64,000 nucleotides of DNA from Flectonema sp. DT1601 (taxonomy: Eukaryota), in the NCBI GenBank assembly GCA_964019425.1, contig OZ025791.1, positions 1,054,001 through 1,118,000 of the forward strand. The letters are read 5' to 3'. Shown here piece by piece: positions 19,829 to 30,700 of the stretch. Numbering within the stretch: position 1 is the stretch's first letter; every line of letters begins with the position of its first letter. Made by a program: the position numbers and the translations under genes. A model generated the notes under the pieces. It was not told where the DNA came from. It saw nothing but the letters and a program-made list of their open reading frames with translations, and searched no databases.

Positions 19829-21271
19829 TTAGTTCAACTCATCTAAACTTTCTTTTAAAATATCAACAGCCTTGTCAGCCTGTTCCTTTGTTATGATTAG
19901 TGGAGGACACCACGTAAGAACATTGCCAGTTGTGATTTTATAACTGAGGCCACGTTTTAAACAGCTGTAGAGAACTCTCTCTGACTCATCTACAGCTTTC
20001 GCTCCCGAAGCTGTACGGAGTTCAATCCCAATAAGAAGTCCTGCTGCTCTAACATTATGAATGATTGCATACTTTTGTTGAAGAGTCTTAAGCTGTGACA
20101 CAAAGTATTCTCCCATGTGTTTAGCATTTTCAACTAAATTATTATCCTCAATATATTTAATGGTAGCCAGTGCAGCAGCAGATCCAAGAGGAGTTTTTTC
20201 ATGAGTATAATGACCCATTGCATGAGTTTTCGCAGCCTCATTCAATTTCTCTTTCGCTAAAACAGCTGACATTGGTACAATACCTCCACCTAAACCCTTA
20301 CCAAGAACAACAATGTCCGGCTGGACAGAGAAGTTTTGATATGTAAACATACCGTTACCAGTTCTTCCTAAACTATTTGGAATCTCATCAAATATTAAAA
20401 GAGCACCATACTTATCGCAAGCCTTTCTAATTATCTTCCAATAGTCGTCCTTTGGAATGTATGGAGTCCATCGAATCGGTTCTGCGATGACAGCAGCAAC
20501 GTCTTGCTCTTTCTCGAGAATGTATTCAACGTATTTGGCGCAGGATAAGTTACAATTTCCATTGCAATTAAAGACGCAATCTTGTTCATTTGGAGGAGGG
20601 GCATGAGATGTCCCAGGCATTAATGGACCGATACTCTTTCTGAATACGGACTCTCCTCCTATGGAGATAGCGTCTAGTGAGGCTCCATGAAATGATTCCC
20701 ACATACTGATTGTTTTAAATCTACCAGTTGTGATCCTTGCAAGCTTTAACGCAATTCCAATACTACTTGTTCCTCCAGGTGTGTACAAGACTCTAGTTAG
20801 TTTTTCTCCATCAGTACCATCAGAGAACTTCTTACCATGATCAGATGCTAATTCAACGATCTTCTTCGCTAATGCGACCGCTTTTGGGTTTGTGTACCTC
20901 CTGGGACAGAAAGGCATCTCATCCAGTTGTTGTTTTATTGCTGATACAACTTCTGGATTAGCGTGACCAACCTGATGAACTGAATTACCGTGGAAATCCA
21001 TTATCTCTCTGTTTTCAGTGTCTACGATGTTAATTCCCTTACAACCCTTTAAGACGTTCATGCAGGGGGTTGATAGCGTTTGGTGTAAAAAATACTTTGC
21101 ATCCTCTGCCAACACTTCTTTTGCTTCATCACCGATATGCGATTCCATGAAAGCATTTCTGTGGAGTGACAGGTTTACATCTCCCTCGCTGCGGTCAACG
21201 TCTGGAGGCTGCTGGTTGGAAATCGCACGGCTGGCAGTGCCTCTAACAAAAGTCTTCAGAGCTCTCTTCAT
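19829..21271 (-). CDS. pbfA: PbfA-like (R)-1-hydroxy-2-aminoethylphosphonate ammonia-lyase (class III PLP aminotransferase fold) with N-terminal transit-peptide-like extension
   Basis: Motifs RSEGDVN, FLHQTLSTPC, MDFHGNSVHQ, PFCPRRYTN, PGGTSSIGIALKLAR, WESFHGASLDAISIGGE, FDEIP, LGKGLGGG (PLP Lys) and GHYTHEK. The first ATG is at 21271 (MKRALKTFVRGTASRAIS). Confidence 0.85.
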   Translation of the reverse strand: MKRALKTFVRGTASRAISNQQPPDVDRSEGDVNLSLHRNAFMESHIGDEAKEVLAEDAKYFLHQTLSTPCMNVLKGCKGINIVDTENREIMDFHGNSVHQVGHANPEVVSAIKQQLDEMPFCPRRYTNPKAVALAKKIVELASDHGKKFSDGTDGEKLTRVLYTPGGTSSIGIALKLARITTGRFKTISMWESFHGASLDAISIGGESVFRKSIGPLMPGTSHAPPPNEQDCVFNCNGNCNLSCAKYVEYILEKEQDVAAVIAEPIRWTPYIPKDDYWKIIRKACDKYGALLIFDEIPNSLGRTGNGMFTYQNFSVQPDIVVLGKGLGGGIVPMSAVLAKEKLNEAAKTHAMGHYTHEKTPLGSAAALATIKYIEDNNLVENAKHMGEYFVSQLKTLQQKYAIIHNVRAAGLLIGIELRTASGAKAVDESERVLYSCLKRGLSYKITTGNVLTWCPPLIITKEQADKAVDILKESLDELN

Positions 21272-21625
21272 CGGGTTAATGCTGCTGTTAATAATGTAAG
21301 TAACGATACACAAAATACAATAAAAAATGTCACAGTCGTCATAATAGTTCCTTCACAATGCGATCGATATTTCCCATTTAATTTGTACTGTCGTAGAGAT
21401 AGTAAGGCGACACTAAATACAATCATATAAAACATCATCGTCAGAATAAAGGCGATAAGAAATTAAAGTCGTCGTGTAAATGACGATCACCATACAGAAA
21501 AGCAGTCGGAAATACGTATTAACGGAAACTGTCTTAAATAGGATCGTGGGATGTGTTACATTTGAACTGATTAGAACGCAAACCGTGAGGCAGACTTACA
21601 TCGTAAAGAAGAAATTAAAGTAACA

Positions 21626-23584
21626 TCAGGTAAGTAATTGATAAGAGATGTCATTCAATACTGATGTTGAGACTGGTGCTTGTTGAACTTGATGTGCTGA
21701 TGACCATCTCCTTGACATGTTATCGAGGGTAAATGGTGTTATATCATTCTGAACAGAATCATCGCTACTCGAAGGTAAGTCATCGTGTTCTTGTGCTGTG
21801 AGTGGAGCAGAACAGAATGATGACGGAGGAGCAGCAGTAGAACTCCTCCTCCGTGAAGGCCGAATATCAATAGAACCAAATCCTGAAGCTGATCGTCTTC
21901 GTGCCAGAGGAGCTTCCTGACGAATAGAAGAAGTAGTTCTTGTTAACGTTTCACTTCCTCCTATTGGATGATATGAAAAAGTACCAAATGACTCTGTTAC
22001 AGTTGCTCTCCTTAACTTCCTCCAGATATAAAAACTATAAGTATGCGCAACAGATATTATCATAAAAACTCCAACCACACTCGAAGTAAGAGATGACTGC
22101 CTTCGTTGTTGCAGTTCTCGTATTCGACGCTCTTTTAAAAACCAGTCTTGATTTGATTGCTTGGGTTTGTCTGAAGTTTGGTTCGTGTCTATGTCGTGTC
22201 TTAGTAAGCCTCCAACAGAATGTTTGCGGGAATTCTTTCTCTTTTGCTTATTATTGTTGATTACTGAATACCTTCTTGGTCGAGGAGCACAATGCGTATT
22301 GCTATTACTTGGAGGTCTCGCACATGGAAGTACCCAGTCACTAGTCTCAACAAGTGTTGGATGTTCTGATGGTGGTAGTGATGGTGGTGGTGGTGGTGGT
22401 GGTGGTGGTACTGGTTCAGGATAAGATCTTATCGACTGTTGTGAGATACTTCTTTGAGGATGAGGATACATCTTCTGTCGTACAGCGACAGGAGCAGCAG
22501 GTTTCTCCTTCGGAGACAGCGGCTGCGCTGCTATGACTGAACATACAACTGAGCTATCCTGAAAAATAGTCCCGTCAACTACATTCGACTGTTGATAACT
22601 ACTTGAGAGAGGAGGAGGAGTAGCTTTAAATGACGGCACACTTTGCAAGTCAGGAGTCGGTGATTTACTCTCCGCAGGTACAAACGAGTTACTGATTGTG
22701 GTGGTGTCATCAAGGTTTTCTTCTTCGTAATATTCAACTTTTGGAATTACTATTTTATCAAACATTCCACCCTGACAGTTCGACGGTTGGACGACTGATT
22801 GTTGTAATTTCAACTTCTTTAATTCTGATTGAAGCTGTCCCGCCTTTTGAAGACTTCTCTTGTTGCTTGCTGCGAATTGCCGAGCCCTATGCCTCCATAA
22901 TTGCATTTCACGCTTTACCATGACTACATTTTTTTGCTCTTCCAAAAGAAGAGTTAAAAGTGACAGAGAAGCTTTATTTTTCCTCCGCTGTTTTTGCTGC
23001 TTATGTTGGTTTTCTAATATAGATTTTGAGGCGACTGTTGAGAGCTCCTCTGGAAGTTGTGTTGACCAACTAACTGGTGAATGAACTTGTTGTAAAATGT
23101 TGTCTGAACGATGATAAGATGGAGAATGATGAAGAATATTTTCATTAACTGTTCTGGATGGTTTAATATCATTAAAGCGAACCCACTGAGATTCGATATC
23201 CAATACGTTTAATACTCTTTCGGTTAACGCTAATTGTTTACCAATTTCTTGAGCACCATAAGGATCATGAGCAAGCTTCACAACAAGAGATCTCTTTCTC
23301 TCTTTCGCTAAGTCTGATGCTGTACTTCCAGAGAGAGTTTGTGCTGCCAGTAGATCAGCATATCTACGGATTCCCAAATTCTTTTTAATCAAACCAAGTA
23401 GAATAGCCAACGTATTTAAACAACCAGCATCTGCAGCAACGTGTAAAACTGTCCATCCAAATGGCGTTCTCTCATCAAGCGTAATGTTATGTCTTTCGAT
23501 AATGTCACAGAACCCTTCTTCAGTCATACCATCTCTAGAAGAAGCATAGTGTAGAACTGACCATTCTTTTGATAGGTCTCTCAT
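21626..23584 (-). CDS. Ankyrin-repeat protein with coiled-coil and Pro-rich disordered tail
   Basis: WSVLHYAS, GWTVLHVAADAG and GSTASDLA ankyrin motifs in the first ~105 aa. Confidence 0.8.
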   Translation of the reverse strand: MRDLSKEWSVLHYASSRDGMTEEGFCDIIERHNITLDERTPFGWTVLHVAADAGCLNTLAILLGLIKKNLGIRRYADLLAAQTLSGSTASDLAKERKRSLVVKLAHDPYGAQEIGKQLALTERVLNVLDIESQWVRFNDIKPSRTVNENILHHSPSYHRSDNILQQVHSPVSWSTQLPEELSTVASKSILENQHKQQKQRRKNKASLSLLTLLLEEQKNVVMVKREMQLWRHRARQFAASNKRSLQKAGQLQSELKKLKLQQSVVQPSNCQGGMFDKIVIPKVEYYEEENLDDTTTISNSFVPAESKSPTPDLQSVPSFKATPPPLSSSYQQSNVVDGTIFQDSSVVCSVIAAQPLSPKEKPAAPVAVRQKMYPHPQRSISQQSIRSYPEPVPPPPPPPPPSLPPSEHPTLVETSDWVLPCARPPSNSNTHCAPRPRRYSVINNNKQKRKNSRKHSVGGLLRHDIDTNQTSDKPKQSNQDWFLKERRIRELQQRRQSSLTSSVVGVFMIISVAHTYSFYIWRKLRRATVTESFGTFSYHPIGGSETLTRTTSSIRQEAPLARRRSASGFGSIDIRPSRRRSSTAAPPSSFCSAPLTAQEHDDLPSSSDDSVQNDITPFTLDNMSRRWSSAHQVQQAPVSTSVLNDISYQLLT

Positions 23585-23884
23585 CAGTGTTCTAAATCGG
23601 TTACTTGAATATTAATATCACAACACAGTTAGACACAATTATTTTCAAATAATCATTTCATAAAACTTATATAAAAACCTGTCTGAGAGTGGGGGTAAGA
23701 AACGAATCGTTAACCATTTTCAGAACACAGAAGAACAAATTTTCTTTAAATCCCGGAAGAATTCCACCTTGTAAATTTAACACCAAGAAGAGAAAAAAAA
23801 AGAGGGGGGGGGAAATTGCGAATATCGCAGTCGGTAATAAGAAAATTCGATCTCTGTGTTCAACCTCTCTAGAACATGGAGAAT

Positions 23885-24260
23885 ACATCAGTTAGAATAA
23901 TAATTTTTAAAAATTGTTTAAGAGAAATAGAAAAAAGTGTAACGTAGAATTGATGTAGTTAGAATATGAAGTTTTTTTATAAACATTGTGCACTGCTGTC
24001 ACTGTCAGCAGCATTCCAGTTTTTTTTGATAATTTGGATTTTATCAAAAAAGTTCTATTTCAAAAGGAACAATTCCAACGTAGAAGAAACGTAGTTAGAA
24101 TATGAAGTTGTTATAAAAAAAACGGTGCACTAGAATCAAAAAAAAAAAAAAAGATATATAAAAATTAACGTGGAATTTCATTATTGTTCTTTTATAATTC
24201 GGATTTTTATCAAAGAAAAAAAAAACAAGGAAAGTACAACATAGAAGAAACAGTAGTTAG
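23885..24260. repeat. Degenerate tandem repeat, ~140-160 bp unit, 2-3 copies
   Basis: Recurrent AACGTAGAA...GTAGTTAGAATATGAAGTT...GTGCACT and GGATTTT(T)ATCAAA blocks at ~23940, ~24078 and ~24238. Confidence 0.7.
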
Positions 24261-25132
24261 TAGTTAGGCATAATTAAATCAGTTCAATAAATCGTAGCCA
24301 TGTCACTTATCTAGCCCTCCTTAGAGAAGAGAGTAGGATAATGTGGCATCATATATGTTATAATAATCGTCGATATGTCGTTCTTAGAATTTTAAATTTC
24401 CTTTCTCCAGAAATTGAAAGCAACGTCGATTTCTTTACTTTCTTTTTAGAGCTCCCATTGGATACGAATAAATAGATAAATAAAATATTGAGCCACGAAG
24501 CAGCAGTAACGTAATTGGACCATAATATTGTTAGATCCTCCTTCCAAAGTGAAGGGTACACGAAAATAATTAAAGCAAACACACAGAAACAACAGTAGAA
24601 ACAAAAAGGCTAGTAGAGGACGAAGAAGAACCAGGAATCATAGAAAACTTGAGTTGAAACGAGGGCATGGAGTCTACTTCTTCACTTCCAAGTAAATCTA
24701 TAAAAGGTGGTTTGCGGCGGTGTTTTTTTTTTTTTTTTTTTTTTTTTTTCCCCCACTCTCCATTTTGATAAGAGCTTTAGTTTGGTAACTCGTGTAAATT
24801 TCCCTTGTGAAAAAAAAAAAAGAAAAAGAAAGAAAGAAAAAGCTATTAAACCACGAAGAACAAGGGAAAACACGGTCAATAAGCATAATAAATTATATCA
24901 AAGTAAGATGGATTAGGAAAAAAGAAAAGCGTTTCGATAACTTGCAACAGTGATTACCTACGAAGAACAGCCTTTAGGAAACGCCTTCTCTCACAACACA
25001 CAAGTGGTAAAAAACATTAATTTTTTTTTTTTTTTTTTTTTTTTCATGACGTGTAGCGAACCACAGTCAATATAAAAAAAAAATATAATAATAATAATAA
25101 TAATAAAACAAGAGGAAGAGGGGGGTGAAACT

Positions 25133-25220
25133 TTGACAATGTAAAAACAGTAACAACTTTAGATATTAAAGAAAACAAAATTAATATTAAGTACTTGACT
25201 GAAAAATATTTGTAGTTGTT
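25133..25220. repeat. Dispersed intergenic/3'-UTR element, copy 1
   Basis: AAAACAGTAACAACTTTAGATATTAAAGAAAACAAAATTAATATTAAGTACTTGACTGAAAA. Homologous copies at 26844 and 38655. Confidence 0.85.
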
Positions 25221-25383
25221 ACCTTTAGAAAAAAGAAGGAAGAGGGAAAAAAAAAAAAAAAAAAAAGTAAGTTACCACACGCAAACACACATTAATTAAT
25301 AACCATTTAGGATAGATAACTTTAGAAGGAATGAACGAAAAATGAAAACCAAACGAGGGTGATAAGAACTTGAAGTATTTGAT

Positions 25384-26184
25384 TCAACCGGCTTCTAAAT
25401 TTATACAAACAGCATGCGCACTAGAACTCAATTCTTCTAATAAATCGTCAAGACAATTAAAAGATGGACAAACAGATGAATTCGATTTATGCCTATTGCT
25501 AATATCTATCTGAATTGGAGTACCAGGATATGATGACATTGATAAAATATCTGAAGAGAGGTCATCAACTTGTAGAAGAAGACCCTTATATGACTTTTGA
25601 GGAGAATGGCGACACGATTTACAAACACGAACCGAAGGAGACGCATAATTATGAGTGCAATGATGGCAAAATAGTTGACCGCATCTCCGGCAGTGGTGAC
25701 GACGATGTTTTATCGTAAAAGTCCTGTCGCAACCCATACAAACCGGACTTTGGTTATCAGGAACCCAAACAAACAATGCGTGAGACATTCGGCAGTCTAG
25801 ACACAGCCTTGGAGTGCAGGCTGAAGTAGATTTACCTGCACAACTGCTGCAGAAGACTTTTCCACATCTACGACAATGATGTTTCCTCCACACCCATGTA
25901 AACTGTCGGGTACATCCCTGACAGCTGGATTCTTCCTGGTCGTGAATCCATTTTCGCATATTACTGGCAACACAATCTGCGCAGCTTCGCAATGTTTCGA
26001 AATAGCCCGAGAAGCCAATAACTCTCCTCACTTTACAACAGTCATTACACATCACGTTACCACATAATCTACAATGGTGCTTTCTCTTTGTCATGGTGAA
26101 CTCACATCCACACTTTGTGCATCTTGAAGCCTCATTGTCTGGTACCCAAGTAATGTCAGTCGCTGTGTCGCTAAGTTGCGACAT
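25384..26184 (-). CDS. Protein with three tandem FYVE zinc fingers
   Basis: Three WxxD...R(K/R)HHCRxCG...C..C units. The first ATG (MSQLSD) is at 26184. Confidence 0.9.
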   Translation of the reverse strand: MSQLSDTATDITWVPDNEASRCTKCGCEFTMTKRKHHCRLCGNVMCNDCCKVRRVIGFSGYFETLRSCADCVASNMRKWIHDQEESSCQGCTRQFTWVWRKHHCRRCGKVFCSSCAGKSTSACTPRLCLDCRMSHALFVWVPDNQSPVCMGCDRTFTIKHRRHHCRRCGQLFCHHCTHNYASPSVRVCKSCRHSPQKSYKGLLLQVDDLSSDILSMSSYPGTPIQIDISNRHKSNSSVCPSFNCLDDLLEELSSSAHAVCINLEAG

Positions 26185-26843
26185 TTTATCCTTTAATGAT
26201 CTGTTAGTATGTCCCTCCCCTCTGTATAGAAGATAACAATATGATGATGTAGTCAAGTACTAAAACTTTATAATAAACGACTACAAGAGGGCACAGTATG
26301 TATTCCTGCTGAATGAGTTGGTACAGTAGTACTCAAGGAGAATGATCTCTTTCTTATAAAACAGTAACAATAATAATATGAAGTGATTGGTGTAATGTGC
26401 AATGTCCATAAAGAACAACAGGATTTGTCACCAGAAAAAAAAAAACAAGGAAATTGACGACAACTATCAACCCGTCTTCATAACTAGTAGAATCAGAAAG
26501 GGGAACTGAGCACAGAAAGGTGAGAGGAAACGAGATAAACAAAAATGACACACGTCTTTCCGTCTTTCTTTCTTTTTTGAGCAAGATTGACTTTTGTTGA
26601 ACGGAAAAAAGAGCGAAATTTTCGCGAAAATAAAAAAAAAGTACCGTGACCAAAACTGTCAGGCTTGACGGTATAAGGCAAGAACCAACTCTGGTGCAAG
26701 CATATCATTACAATATGATAAGTCCTAATGATTTGACACGTTTGCAACAAATTCAAATTCGAAAGCGAACAGCTCTCTCCTTCAGTGCGATACTCTCACA
26801 GAAGTGAGGTACAAAAACAGGATGATTGTTTGCTTGTTTTCGG

Positions 26844-26933
26844 TTTGACAATATAAAAAAACAGTAACAACTTTAGGTATTAATACAAAATTAATATCAA
26901 ATACTTGACTGAAAAAGATATTTGTGGTTGTTA
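26844..26933. repeat. Dispersed intergenic/3'-UTR element, copy 2
   Basis: Matches copies at 25133 and 38655, in the same orientation. Confidence 0.85.
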
Positions 26934-27101
26934 ATCAAAGAAAAAGGTACGTTTAGAAAAAAATAAAACATAAAAAGGGAAAATATATATTTTTTGTCTT
27001 ATTGACTGGAAGACTGAAAAAAATATTTGCAGTTTGGGGGAAAAGGGAATACCTGCAAGCCCTTTTTTTTTTTCCCTCTTTGTGATTGAACCAATGACTA
27101 A

Positions 27102-27839
27102 TCAAATGCGAGGATTCTGTTGGGGAGGAGGGAAAGGAGCCGACTGACACATAATTACTTCAGTTGGGGCTGTGGGGTGCTGTTGTTGAAGAGGTGGAGG
27201 CGGAGGTAGAGGTGGTGCAGATAACGGTGGTGGTGGATGAGGGTACAGCTGTCCTCTAGCAGGATCAACAATGATTCCAGTAGGAACAGGTGGCCACAAT
27301 GGCTGACCATCAGGACCTGGAATCACACCAGCGGGAATGCAGGGTATACCTGTAGTTATATCAACTGGATAAATAGGTCTTCCATCAGGTAAGAAATTAG
27401 GATACAAAGTATGCCCTGTTGGTGCAATAACTGGAGGGTATTGTTGATTAATATACGCTGGTTGTGCTTGAACAACTTGAACCATTTGAACATCACCCGA
27501 ATCATTGACTACTACAGGTACTCCTCCTGGACCAGTGCTTACAATATATCTACGCCTACGACAGTAATATGCTACAGCTGCACAGGTACAAATAATAAAT
27601 CCAATACACATGAACATCCACCAAATGCTGGCAACTGTCCATTCATCAACACAACCATCATCACCATAGTGACGAGACTCAGAGCATCTGTCGTTTGCAT
27701 TACAACAGACGCCTGTTGTTTGACAATATCCCTCATGGTAGCTGGGGCAGTAGATGCTGTGTGTATTTGGACTGTATTCGGCTGATACTGTAACGGCACA
27801 GCATATCATCAAAACATATTCATTCCAATTCCGGTTCAT
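27102..27839 (-). CDS. Single-pass membrane protein, Shisa/WBP1/VOPP1-like architecture
   Basis: Signal peptide, small six-Cys ectodomain (C..C..CC..C..C), TM helix ending YYCRRRR, then a Pro/Tyr/Gln-rich tail. Confidence 0.7.
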   Translation of the reverse strand: MNRNWNEYVLMICCAVTVSAEYSPNTHSIYCPSYHEGYCQTTGVCCNANDRCSESRHYGDDGCVDEWTVASIWWMFMCIGFIICTCAAVAYYCRRRRYIVSTGPGGVPVVVNDSGDVQMVQVVQAQPAYINQQYPPVIAPTGHTLYPNFLPDGRPIYPVDITTGIPCIPAGVIPGPDGQPLWPPVPTGIIVDPARGQLYPHPPPPLSAPPLPPPPPLQQQHPTAPTEVIMCQSAPFPPPQQNPRI

Positions 27840-29537
27840 TAGCGAAAACGGTTTTACAAAAAACTAACCTGCAAGAAAAGAACGATGACAAAACACACCA
27901 ACACCACACCACTTCAACACAGATATCACTAATCTCCAGTTTTAATCATATTTCCTGGAAGAGATGAGTAACGTTACACCTTATAGTGGTACAAATAGAA
28001 GAAAAAAGGGTGAAAAAATGACTAAAAGGGGGAAAAAGGCTTAGGGGGGGGATGTCTCGCTTCATTTACTTCCCTCTAACACTCACACAACCAGAAGCTA
28101 TTCTTTTCCCGGCACTGACTACACCACAATAGCAGCAAGTAATCAGTATGGATGATATAAAGCTTGTAAATAACAAATCTTTACATGTCATACCAGGAAA
28201 ATAAAAGAATTATATCTTCTCACGCCTATTTTATCGACGGCGTCTGGGTGATGGGATAAGGAGGTTCATTTTATTGCGGGTATCTTCTCTTCATAACTAA
28301 ACAGTTTTTTTGAAGAACAAGCAACAAAAAGCAGGGGACTTGGATAAATAAATCAATGGGGGGTGGGGGGTGAAAAAAAAAAGAGGAGAAACATTAAAAT
28401 ATGTAAAACTTCCGACATTACAGCAACAGAACGACTATCAGAATCGTCGTACTAGGCAATAAAAACATGTCGCGGTCTCAAAGAATCAAGCACGTACTAA
28501 AAAGCATCGGAGTGTACTTAATTTCTCTCATTCCACAATTTCACAATAAAAAGAAACCTAAAGAGCGAACCAAGTTGTACGACGGAATGAAAATGAACTA
28601 AAATAATGATATCCTGTACAGAATACAGAAATCAACTAGACCACCCTCCATGTGCTATGTGGTCTTTATGTGTTGCATTATTTTACGTCATATAAATTTC
28701 ACTCACAAAAGAGTGGTCATAGGCGAATGACTACTCCTTCAAAATAGAGAGAATGAGAGAGAGGGTGAGGGGAAAGTGGAAAAGGAAGGTAAAACTTTAA
28801 AAAGAAAAGAAAAGTTGAAGGCAATAGAGAAATCGTGAGCGCTACCGACACCTACCGGAATTAGTTGACATTCAGCAGCTGCCAGTCAATATTGGAAAAT
28901 CTTTCAACCAAATAGCCTGTTGGAACTGCTGTTTGCAAAGATTTGCAAGAACATGCTCTGGTTCAACTGGAAAGCAGCATCGAAAAAAACGAATTTGGAA
29001 CTACAGGAAAACGTACGAGCGTACAAAGTCACACAAAGTGTAGTTCGAATTCGAGTAGAAATCTTCATTTCGCAACGACGTTTGCCTCAGGGTGGTGTAA
29101 CAGGAACATGTTTCATGCTTTTTTCTTACGTTTCTCTTTCTCCCCTTCCCGTTCACGGCTTTATTTCTGCCCGCTATAAAGTACACTTATATTTTTTTTT
29201 TTTTTAATTTCTTCTTGTCCCGTGTAACCCAAGCTACGTTGGCATAAGGCACTCAGCTGCATTCGTAAAGTGCAAGAATTTGAGATAAAAGCAGACGCGA
29301 ACACTTTAACCAACCTTTCCAATGTCGAGAAGTGAAAAGTACTAATCCCAGTGAAGGGTCGCGAGTGTTGATATGATGTTATTTCTTTGTTGGTGTTGTT
29401 GTTTTTCTGCATTTCTTTTTCTCGCATACCGCGAATAAAAGACCGAGTAATAAGTGGAAGGGAAGGCGGAAGGGAAAGAAATGTTAAAAGAAAATGAAAT
29501 CACAGAGAGAGGACAGTGATTCTTATTATTTTTTCCC

Positions 29538-30068
29538 CTAGACAGCTGGAGCAGGCGCGCCAACTGGAGGACCAACCGGAGGTCCTGGGGCTGGAGCACA
29601 TGCCTGTGGGTAGGCTCCCTGAGGTGGTGGAGCACCGTACGCAGGAGCTGGGGCCTGATTTGGGTATGCTGACGGAACTGCAGGAACGTAACCCGGCTGT
29701 GGAGCCTGCTGCTGCTGCACAACTGTTGTCTGCTGCGACTGTGGCTCGTAACACAGAGCGCAAAAACCGTTAAATGGCCAGAATCCTAGCAGGCAAGCAG
29801 CCCAGCAAACAATCGCCTGTTATTATTATTATTACTATGCTCTTCCATAATCAGACGAAAGAAATACCTGCCAACAATATATTACTAAAGTGAAAACAAC
29901 ACATACCATAGGACTGCATCCCTCTACAGACATGATCGCGCACGGCGGGCAGCAGCATAGGTAGCAACCATCAGGGCCGTTATTCTGCTGAATCACAATA
30001 GCCTGCTGTTGCTGCTGCTGTGGCTGCGCGTAAGCTACTGGAACTCCTTGTTGTGGGTAGGCGGACAT
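29538..30068 (-). CDS. Two-exon Cys-rich Pmp3/UPF0057-like small membrane protein with Gln/Pro-rich termini (exons 30068-29907 and 29816-29538)
   Basis: Donor ATG|GTATGT at 29906 and acceptor AACAG|GCG at 29817. The spliced product (146 aa) contains CCCPPCAIMSVEGCSPM|AIVCWAACLLGFWPFNGFCALC. Confidence 0.75.
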
Positions 30069-30700
30069 TGTTAGTTAAAGTTTGGTGTGATAATTTCTAC
30101 TACAAAACAAACAAAAAAAGAATTACACATTTATACAAATTACGTATTTTGATACATTTAAAAGGAAAAGAACCTGCGCCGCAAACCCCCGCAAACTCCA
30201 TTACAAAAAACTTACATATTCATAGCATCTGGATACTGAAATAAGGCAAATAGTAAATGAGATTTTAACTAACAATTCGGACAAGGTCTTGTTAATAATT
30301 CACGCTGACGGATGCTGCACACAAGGTGTACGCGAAGTCGCGTAATTAGACTGCTCGGAAATAACTTACGGAATGCTGCGCGAAACTCATTTTCGTTTTC
30401 TTATTTATTCATTTTTTTTTTTTTTTTTCCTTCTTTCCCACGTCGGAAGTGAAATTCTTACATCGTGGGAAAGCGAACTCCACCCTGCGACAAGCATTCA
30501 ATAATATAATGTCTACGAAAAAAAAGAGGGAAAGGAAAAAAAAAAAAATGGGGGGTGAGAAAAGGTCAGCTTCTTTGTCACCTTCAGACAACAATATTAA
30601 AAAGTCCGCAATAGCGAATGTAAGCGACGTACAACCTGAAAGGGAGGATTCCGGTTTTTTTTTTTTTTTTTTTTTTTCCCCCCAAAATCCAAAGTGAAAC

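Noticed and set aside
19829..21271. Bacterial contamination as the source of pbfA
   Set aside because: Same strand, composition and spacer style as the flanking eukaryotic genes, an added presequence, and no neighbouring phn genes.
24358..24916. Short Phe- or Lys-rich ORFs here and in other spacers (e.g. 2580-3191, 30409-30830, 35094-35430, 58946-59213)
   Set aside because: Produced by poly(A)/poly(T) tracts; no coding character.
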